This document shows positions 27,938 through 34,459 of a DNA stretch of 64,000 bases, in pieces. The stretch comes from an uncultured Clostridia bacterium (GTDB taxonomy: Bacteria > Bacillota > Clostridia > Christensenellales > CAG-917), in the NCBI GenBank assembly GCA_934277645.1, contig CAKQUX010000006.1, forward strand, positions 11,576-75,575, read 5' to 3'. Within the stretch, counting starts at the first letter, position 1. Every line of letters begins with the position of its first letter. Below the pieces are notes generated by a model. The model worked only from the letters and a program-made list of their open reading frames with translations. It was not told where the DNA came from and made no database searches. A program made the translations under genes and the position numbers.

Positions 27938-28290
27938 AGTATTCTCCCTGTTTCATAATCAAAATAATTGTAACAAACAAATAAAAGTTTTGCAATAGGG
28001 AAAATTTATATTTAGTATTTAAAAATTTAAAACAAAAAGCCAACAATTAAATTTAAACAGTATAAATTTAAACAGTAGTAGAGTTTAAAGTTTATTATAT
28101 AGTTAGATTTCTTAGTTAGATTTATTGCTTAATCGTTGCGGCAGATATAACGCTATAAATTGCAATGCAAAATTGCAATACAAATTTAAATACTGAAAAT
28201 TTCAATGCCATAAATTGAAATGTATTAAGTTGGTACGATAAATTGTAATACGAAGGTAAAAATAAAGCAAAAAGAAATGAAAAATTTTGC

Positions 28291-28319
28291 TTTACTTAAA
28301 AAGCGATATTTGATAAAAT
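28291..28319 (+). promoter_or_regulatory. candidate promoter of the microsatellite-containing small ORF
   Basis: TTTACT 28291-28296, 17-nt spacer, TAAAAT 28314-28319, TG at 28311-28312. Confidence 0.5.
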
Positions 28320-28381
28320 GTGCATAGGTATAAGTTTTGATAAAACAAAAGATTGAATTTAACGTAAAGGAGTTGACTTGT

Positions 28382-28528
<147 letters not shown>

Positions 28529-28544
28529 GCAATAGCCTATGTGG

Positions 28545-28790
28545 CGATGCGTTTTTGCTTTTTAGCAAGTTTATTAGATAAAGGCAGCAAGAGCAGACAA
28601 AAAGCAAAGGGTGGCAAAACAAAAGCAAACAAAACTTAAACAAGAACAAGCAAAACGCAACGACTAAAAGAAGAAACAACACCAAAAAACAACCGTAATA
28701 AAACCAAACTATAGCAAAGGTAACAAAAAACATAAACAAAAAACAAAGACAAACAAAACTTAAACAGAGCTGATTTATTTTGCAAAGGCA
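28545..28790 (+). other. A/C-rich, T/G-poor low-complexity tract between the microsatellite ORF and the surface protein gene
   Basis: Reads ...AAAGGCAGCAAGAGCAGACAAAAAGCAAAGG..CAAAACAAAAGCAAACAAAAC..AACAACACCAAAAAACAACCG..AAACAAAGACAAACAAAAC. Strongly strand-asymmetric, with no plus-strand ORF. Confidence 0.8.
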
Positions 28791-28826
28791 ATTTAAATAT
28801 AAATAAAAATAAAAGGAGATAATATT

Positions 28827-31544
28827 ATGACACACAGCAATATAAAAAAATCAAAGATATTTATGCTGATACTCGGTCTTGCGATGTGCCTTGCGCTTAT
28901 GCTCGGCATTGCGATGGCAAGCGGCGCTACAACTGCGTTTGCAGGCGGCGAAACTGACCCTCGCACACCGATCAAAACGATTATCGCAACGTCAAATATT
29001 GATGACATTGTGGGCTTCGATAAAAGCGTAGAAAGACCTACTTTTAATATAACCGAAGGTTCGCCGGCTTATTTCTTAGCTTATGGTGGTAGTTGCAACT
29101 GGAAAATTAAGACCGCGACAGGCTGGGAAAATTATACGGGCGCAGTGTTTAAGGAAGGGACTTATCAATATGTTACTCAAATTCGTATCGACGAACCGGA
29201 AGGTACAACTTACGTACTTGACAAAAACGGCATTACCGTCACGGTAAACGGCGTAAAATGGGCAGATAATTCCATCCCCAGCGTTGATGATACGTATTCG
29301 TGCGATTGGGTCTTTTCAAAAGAGTATGAAGTCGTTGCTCCGGCAGGCACGCCGTTGGAATTTTTTAAAAACAATAATTGGGATATCGACAGTGCTTATA
29401 TAAACCAAGCGATAACTGCGTTTTCGGTGGCAGACGGCGCGTCGGGCGGCACAAAACCTTACACGTTCTCAAAGGTTTCAGGCCCCGAGTGGCTTGAAGT
29501 TGCGGCAGACGGCATGGTTTCGGGAACGCCGACAGCTGTGGGCGAAAACGCAGACCTTGTGATTAAGGTCACGGACAGCGCAGCGGATCCCGCCTCAACG
29601 GAAATCACCCTGAAAGTCGGCAATACGTACGTTCTCCCTGCAGACCGCACAGTAATCAGCGTAATCAGGGCAACTTCAAACATCGGTGAAAAAATCGGTT
29701 ATGGAAAATCCGTGGTTAAACCGTCGTTCACTTTGACGGAAGGCACGCAGGCACATTTTTCCGGCATCATGGGTCACTGGAATAAGAAAGTAGGAACGGA
29801 GTGGAAAAGATATGAAGAAGCGACGTTTACGGAAGGAACTTACATGTATTTTGACCAGCTTCGCGTCGATGACGAATACGGAATGACTCACGTACTAAAC
29901 AAAGGCGGCGTATCCGTTTATATCGACGGCGAGTTGTGCGCAGACAATCAAATACCCGATGTATATGACACTTATTCATTAATATACGTTGAAACCGCTG
30001 AATATGAAGTTTTGGGTGCGACGAACATAACCGAAGCTCTTGTGCCTATAAGTGACCTTGACGGAAAAGTGTACAGCGGAGCGGCGCAAGAGCCGACCTT
30101 TGGCGGAACGCTTGCTTTGGGCACAGACTACGAAGTTAGCTATGCAATAGCCGCAAACGGTGAACTTAGTTCGGACGGCAAGCCTGTAGGCGCAGGAAAG
30201 TACTCTGTTACCGTTACGGGCAAGGGCGCTTATAAAGGAAGTTTCACCAAAGACTTTGTGATTGCAAAGGCAGAACAATCTGCACCGATACTAATAGGTT
30301 ATGGTCCTACAACCGATGGCGGAAGTGACGGCAAAATAACGAGAACGACTAAGGATATGGAATATGACGTCGATTCGTTGTTTACAAATCCAATAGATTG
30401 CGCGGACGGTGAAACCACAGGACTTACTGAGGGTGTGTATTTCGTTCGCATTAAGGAAACGGACAATTATAAGGCAAGCGCTACTTTTCAAGTGGAAGTC
30501 AGACTTTACAAGGTTACCGTGGAAGACGGCGCCGGTACAGTCGTTAAAAAATATAGAACAGGCGATACCGTCACTATAACGGTCAACAAGCCTAAGGGCA
30601 AGGCGTTGAATAGATGGGTCTATGGGGGCGTTACCATTCCTGACGTAACGAAAGAAACAATAACGTTTGAAATGCCGAACTGCGACGTTAGTTTGGTCGC
30701 CGTTTTCGAGGACGTTGAATATAGCATAACCGTCACAAACGGAACGACAACCTTGAACAAGGCAACGTATCAAACGGAAGTTATCGTAAAGGCAAACGAT
30801 CCTGCAACCGATATGAACTTCGACAAGTGGGAAGTTACGGGACTTGATACGACGGATATGGACCTAACCAAAACGGAAATCAAGTTCAATATGCCTGACG
30901 GAAACGTAACATTTAAGGCAACTTACTTGGCTGTTAGAAAGTATGATATAGTCGTTGTGGACGGCACGAAAGATATATCCCCTGCAAAAGCAGGCGAAAC
31001 CGTGACCATAACCGCAAACCCTGCTCCTTCGGGAAAAGTCTTTGACAAATGGACTTGCGAAACGGCAGGGGTTACGATTGAGTTTGCAAGTGCGACAAGC
31101 AAACAAACAACCTTTGTAATGCCTGCAAGCGACGTTAAGATTCAAGCGCATTTCAGAGATATAGAAGCTGCTCCGTCTATTGAAATCAAAGTCAACGGCG
31201 GAACAGGCGCAGGAACTTATAAGCAAGGCGACAGCGTAACCGTTACCGCTGATGCGCCGTCGGCAGGAAAAGTCTTCAAATGCTGGAAAGACGGTAGCGG
31301 AAAAATCGTCAGTACGAACAAGAACTATACCTTTACGGTAGACGGCGAAATTAACCTTACCGCCGTATACGACAATGCGGCAGCGCCTGAAATCGAAACG
31401 GACGGCAGCGGCAAGGGCGGCAGCGGAAAGAGTGGCGGCACGATAAGCGGCGGCAAGGTCGCAGGCATAGTAGTGGGCGTGTTAGCGGCAGTAGGAGCAG
31501 CTGTGGCGGCAGTCGTTATAGTCATAAAGAAAAAGAGAAAATAA
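28827..31544 (+). CDS. cell-surface repeat protein with signal peptide and C-terminal membrane anchor
   Basis: 905 aa, AAGGAG RBS. Signal peptide ...ATTAFA-GGE. Two copies of a ~125-aa N-terminal module. A putative Ig-like segment (GGTKPYTFSKVSGPEWLEVAADGMVSGTP). Four ~70-aa InlB-B-repeat-like units (Y.VTV.DG.....Y..GD.VTITA..P..GK.F..W). Gly-rich spacer, TM helix VAGIVVGVLAAVGAAVAAVVIVI, then KKKRK. Confidence 0.88.
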   Translation: MTHSNIKKSKIFMLILGLAMCLALMLGIAMASGATTAFAGGETDPRTPIKTIIATSNIDDIVGFDKSVERPTFNITEGSPAYFLAYGGSCNWKIKTATGWENYTGAVFKEGTYQYVTQIRIDEPEGTTYVLDKNGITVTVNGVKWADNSIPSVDDTYSCDWVFSKEYEVVAPAGTPLEFFKNNNWDIDSAYINQAITAFSVADGASGGTKPYTFSKVSGPEWLEVAADGMVSGTPTAVGENADLVIKVTDSAADPASTEITLKVGNTYVLPADRTVISVIRATSNIGEKIGYGKSVVKPSFTLTEGTQAHFSGIMGHWNKKVGTEWKRYEEATFTEGTYMYFDQLRVDDEYGMTHVLNKGGVSVYIDGELCADNQIPDVYDTYSLIYVETAEYEVLGATNITEALVPISDLDGKVYSGAAQEPTFGGTLALGTDYEVSYAIAANGELSSDGKPVGAGKYSVTVTGKGAYKGSFTKDFVIAKAEQSAPILIGYGPTTDGGSDGKITRTTKDMEYDVDSLFTNPIDCADGETTGLTEGVYFVRIKETDNYKASATFQVEVRLYKVTVEDGAGTVVKKYRTGDTVTITVNKPKGKALNRWVYGGVTIPDVTKETITFEMPNCDVSLVAVFEDVEYSITVTNGTTTLNKATYQTEVIVKANDPATDMNFDKWEVTGLDTTDMDLTKTEIKFNMPDGNVTFKATYLAVRKYDIVVVDGTKDISPAKAGETVTITANPAPSGKVFDKWTCETAGVTIEFASATSKQTTFVMPASDVKIQAHFRDIEAAPSIEIKVNGGTGAGTYKQGDSVTVTADAPSAGKVFKCWKDGSGKIVSTNKNYTFTVDGEINLTAVYDNAAAPEIETDGSGKGGSGKSGGTISGGKVAGIVVGVLAAVGAAVAAVVIVIKKKRK

Positions 31545-31737
31545 AGCAAAATTGTTTTAGACAAAAAGCAAAATTGTTTTATGAAAAACAACAAACGTTA
31601 GTTATAACAAAAAGCTAAGTAGTTTTATGAAAAACAACAAACGTTAGTTAGTACAAAAAGCTAAATTGTTTTATGAAAAACAACAAACGTTAGTTAGAAA
31701 AAAGCAAAATTGTTTTATGAAAACAACAAACGTTAGT
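31545..31737 (+). repeat. about four tandem copies of a 44-46-nt unit in the 3' region of the surface protein gene
   Basis: Unit is AAAAAGC(A/T)AA(A/G)TTGTTTTATGAAAAACAACAAACGTTAGTT... The core TTTTATGAAAA starts at 31577, 31623, 31669 and 31713. Partial units occur at both ends. Confidence 0.9.
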
Positions 31738-31745
31738 AAAAAAGC

Positions 31746-31776
31746 AAAAGCCGATTGCAAAGCAATCGGCTTTTGC
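31746..31776 (+). terminator. intrinsic terminator of the surface protein gene
   Basis: GCCGATTGC 31750-31758, loop AAA, GCAATCGGC 31762-31770, T-run 31771-31774. Confidence 0.8.
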
Positions 31777-31945
31777 CTTCCGATAAACTTATCTTGCGAC
31801 AAATGGGCGAAACTATATTTGTGTTAGCAAAAACGGTACTACTTGCACGAAAAGCAAATACAATTTTTGCAAAGCGAAAATATCGGTTTTTGCATTCTAA
31901 TAAACTTATCTTGCGGCAAAACCGACAAAACTATATGTATAGCCG
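31775..31945 (+). repeat. two copies of a ~50-nt direct repeat spaced 117 nt apart
   Basis: TTTTGC(C/A)TTC(CG/TA)ATAAACTTATCTTGCG(A/G)CAAA...AAACTATAT, with ATAAACTT starting at 31783 and 31900. Each copy begins with the 3' half of the terminator stem (ATCGG(C/T)TTTTGC). Confidence 0.8.
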
Positions 31946-32115
31946 TTTAAATATTACTTTGACTTAGGTCAAATATAACTATCATTTGCACGGTAACTCA
32001 TAATCGTGTTAGCGTTGCAAATCATATTCGCTTGTATTTTAAAGGGCAAAATCACGCTATTTGTAAGGTGAATATCCGTTCAATTAAAAAAAATTCAAAA
32101 GAATGTGAAAAACAG

Positions 32116-32144
32116 TTGCCAAAACGCTAAAAGTTTGATATGAT
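32116..32144 (+). promoter_or_regulatory. sigma-A promoter of the tRNA pair
   Basis: TTGCCA 32116-32121, 17-nt spacer, TATGAT 32139-32144, TG at 32136-32137. The tRNA starts 26 nt downstream. Confidence 0.65.
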
Positions 32145-32169
32145 AAATCACGTTGAAGTTAGTGCTTAT

Positions 32170-32244
32170 GCGGGAGTGACTCAGTGGTAGAGTGTCACCT
32201 TGCCAAGGTGAAAGTCGCGGGTCCGAATCCCGTCTCCCGCTCCA
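32170..32244 (+). tRNA. tRNA-Gly (anticodon GCC)
   Basis: Manual cloverleaf: acceptor GCGGGAG/CTCCCGC, D-arm ACTC-AGTGGTA-GAGT, anticodon arm TCACC-TTGCCAA-GGTGA, T-arm GCGGG-TCCGAAT-CCCGT, encoded CCA. Confidence 0.93.
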
Positions 32245-32325
32245 AAGTGTTGGCATTAGCTTTCACAAAGACTTGCTAGTCCCCCCATTTGGGAGGGACG
32301 AAATGCAAGCATTTTTGCTTTATAT

Positions 32326-32401
32326 GCGCTGTTAGCTCAGTTGGTAGAGCAACTGACTCTTAATCAGTGGGTCCCGGGTTCGAATCCCTGACGGCGCACC
32401 A
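32326..32401 (+). tRNA. tRNA-Lys (anticodon CTT)
   Basis: Manual cloverleaf: acceptor GCGCTGT/ACGGCGC, D-arm GCTC-AGTTGGTA-GAGC, anticodon arm ACTGA-CTCTTAA-TCAGT, T-loop TTCGAAT (one mismatch in the T stem), encoded CCA. Confidence 0.9.
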
Positions 32402-32402
32402 G

Positions 32403-32432
32403 ACGAATCGATTTTGTCGGTTCGTTTTTTTT
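32403..32432 (+). terminator. intrinsic terminator after the tRNA genes
   Basis: ACGAATCGA 32403-32411 / TCGGTTCGT 32417-32425 (one G-U pair), then a T-run of 8. Confidence 0.8.
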
Positions 32433-32498
32433 ATGTGAGTTTTGTAAAAAACTTTTTTAGAAAACCAAAACTCACCTTTTCAAATTTTATTATTTTTC

Positions 32499-32915
32499 GT
32501 TACGCACGGTTAGCTTTTGCATTTTGCTAATTATAGAGTACGGTTGAACTTAGCTGTCTGTTTGTTACGCTCGGTTAGCTTTGCGTTTTCGCTGATTATA
32601 GAGTACGGTTTGAACTTAGCTGTCTATTTGTTACGCACGGTTAGTTTTGCATTTTGCTAATTATAGAGTACGGTTTGAACTTGGCTGTCTGTTTGTTACG
32701 CTCGGTTAGCTTTTGCATTTTCGCTGATTATAGAGTACGGTTTGAATTTAGCTATCTATTTGTTACGCACGGTTAGCTTTGCATTTTGCTAATTATAGAG
32801 TACGGTTGAACTTAGCTGTCTGTTTGTTACGCACGGTTAGCTTTTGCATTTTGCTAATTATAGAGTACGGTTTGAACTTAGCTGTCTATTTGTTACGCAC
32901 GGTTAGTTTTGCATT
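32499..32915. repeat. tandem array, ~6.4 copies of a 64-67-bp unit
   Basis: GTTACGC starts at 32499, 32564, 32630, 32695, 32762, 32826 and 32892. Unit is GTTACGC(A/T)CGGTTAGC(T)TTTGC(A/G)TTTT(C)GCT(A/G)ATTATAGAGTACGGT(T)TGAACTTAGCTGTCT(G/A)TTT. The first four units alternate two variants (CACGG..GCTAATT versus CTCGG..CGCTGATT). No ORF is listed for this interval, and there are no unique spacers. Confidence 0.95.
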
Positions 32916-33017
32916 AAAGTTTGCATATAGATTGTATATATTTTTATTTCCCTATTGAAATATTGAAAATGATATATTATAATTTATTTATAATTAAAAA
33001 TCAGGGTGGAAAACTTA

Positions 33018-33824
33018 ATGAAAAAGATTTATCGTATTATCAGGGCGGTGCATTTGCCTGCGGAGGCGGCGTGCCTTTTTAAGCGTGCGGCAAACGGCTA
33101 TAAGCATATTATCGATTTGGGCGAAAAGAACGGCGTCAAGATGATTGCGCACAGAGGTCTTAGCGCATTGAACCGTGAAAACACGGTTGCGTCCTTTAAA
33201 GCGGCGGCAAAAGAAAACTATTTCGGAATCGAAACCGACGTGCATCTTACCGCTGACGGAAAATACGTCATCATTCACGACGACTTTACGGGCAGAGTAA
33301 GCAACGTCAACGTACCTATCGAAACGTCGACGCTTGACAAAATTCAAGCGGTCAGACTTAAACCGAAAAACGGTGACACTTCGGACGAAGGAACGACAAT
33401 TCCAATGCTTACCGATTATATTTCCGTTTGCAAAGACGGCGGCAAAATTGCGGTTTTAGAACTTAAAAATCACTTTGATGAGAAGTATATCGTCGAAATT
33501 CTCGATATTATAAAGGGTATGGGCTATTTGGAAAATATGGTTTTCATTTCCTTTGATTGGGAAAACTGCCTTACCCTAAGAAAGCTCGGCAAAGATTTTA
33601 AAATTCAATTCTTGTCGGCAAGATATGATAAAAAACTTGTAAAACACCTTGCCGAACACGGTTTCGCTTTGGACGTATATTACAGGGATTTGACAAAAAA
33701 AAGAATTAAATACCTTCACGACAACGGCGTCGAGGTCAACTGCTGGACGGTGGATAATGCGCGCGACGCTAAACGCCTTATCAAAAACGGCGTAGACTTT
33801 ATCACCACAAACGTACTTGTTTAA
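33018..33824 (+). CDS. glycerophosphodiester phosphodiesterase family protein
   Basis: Start moved to ATG 33018 (AGGGTGGA 7 nt upstream). Motifs IAHRGLS..ENT and GIETDVHLTADGKYVIIHDD. C-terminal WTVD..DA..L...GVD.ITTN. Confidence 0.88.
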   Translation: MKKIYRIIRAVHLPAEAACLFKRAANGYKHIIDLGEKNGVKMIAHRGLSALNRENTVASFKAAAKENYFGIETDVHLTADGKYVIIHDDFTGRVSNVNVPIETSTLDKIQAVRLKPKNGDTSDEGTTIPMLTDYISVCKDGGKIAVLELKNHFDEKYIVEILDIIKGMGYLENMVFISFDWENCLTLRKLGKDFKIQFLSARYDKKLVKHLAEHGFALDVYYRDLTKKRIKYLHDNGVEVNCWTVDNARDAKRLIKNGVDFITTNVLV

Positions 33825-34018
33825 GAATAATTCGATAGAGCTATAAACGCTAATTCGTTTTTAATTTGCAAACGACTTGCTATCTAAATAACGATTAACG
33901 ATTAAATTATAGGTAATTTATCAATGATAGCGTGACTTATCAAAAAGAGTGCGACTTGTCAAATGGTATTACGTTTTATATGCCGCTTAGTGTATTAGCA
34001 TAAAAAGTTAACGAAATT

Positions 34019-34069
34019 AAAAACGTGTTAAAAAAGACCTTATGAGTTCCATAAGGCCTTTTTTACGTT
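34019..34069 (+). repeat. copy 1 of a ~50-nt repeat that contains an intrinsic terminator
   Basis: AAAAACGTGTTAAAAAAGACCTTATGAGTTCCATAAGGCCTTTTTTACGTT, with stem CCTTATG 34038-34044 / CATAAGG 34050-34056 and a T-run. Near-identical copy at 36547-36596. Confidence 0.9.
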
Positions 34070-34169
34070 ATTTAATACTAAATTCAATTACTAATATTTA
34101 AAATCTTTAATACTAAACACGATTACTAACGTGTAATTCGTAACAACGTTTAGGTTTTGCAAAATTTTT

Positions 34170-34367
34170 TTAATAGGGTTGCAAACCCAAAATATAATCG
34201 GTTGACGTCTGATAAAGTTTTGCAAGCAAAATCAGCGCGGATAAGGGAAGTTCGCGCTTTCCGTTTTCGTATTGCGAATAGGTATTTTGTTTGACGTGAA
34301 GATAGTCGGCAACGTAGGATTGCGTGTAGCCGAATTCTTCGCGAAGTTGCTTTAATCTTAAATTCAT
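34170..34367 (-). CDS. XRE-family helix-turn-helix transcriptional regulator (module 1)
   Basis: 65 aa from ATG 34367: MNLRLKQLREEFGYTQSYVADYLHVKQNTYSQYENGKRELPLSALILLAKLYQTSTDYILG, a typical HTH_3 pattern. TATAAT lies 6 nt upstream of the ATG, with no RBS. Confidence 0.9.
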   Translation of the reverse strand: MNLRLKQLREEFGYTQSYVADYLHVKQNTYSQYENGKRELPLSALILLAKLYQTSTDYILGLQPY

Positions 34368-34398
34368 AAACAAATTATAATTATCGCATTCCGTGATA

Positions 34399-34427
34399 TT
34401 GACAAATATCTCAAAATGAGATAAAAT
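34399..34427 (+). promoter_or_regulatory. promoter of lipoprotein gene 34460 with a palindromic operator in the spacer
   Basis: TTGACA 34399-34404, 17-nt spacer, TAAAAT 34422-34427. Palindrome TATCTCA-AAA-TGAGATA at 34407-34423. Confidence 0.75.
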
Positions 34428-34459
34428 TACGACATAAAATAAAAAGCAGGAGAAGAAAT

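Noticed and set aside
31755-31967. 70-aa plus-strand ORF in the repeat region after the surface protein terminator
   Set aside because: It starts at a non-ATG codon inside the terminator, spans the two 50-nt repeats and has no RBS. It is most likely non-coding.
32499-32915. Possible CRISPR array next to the tRNA genes
   Set aside because: The whole 64-67-bp unit repeats, including what would be spacers. There are no unique intervening sequences and no cas genes in the window. It is a plain tandem repeat.
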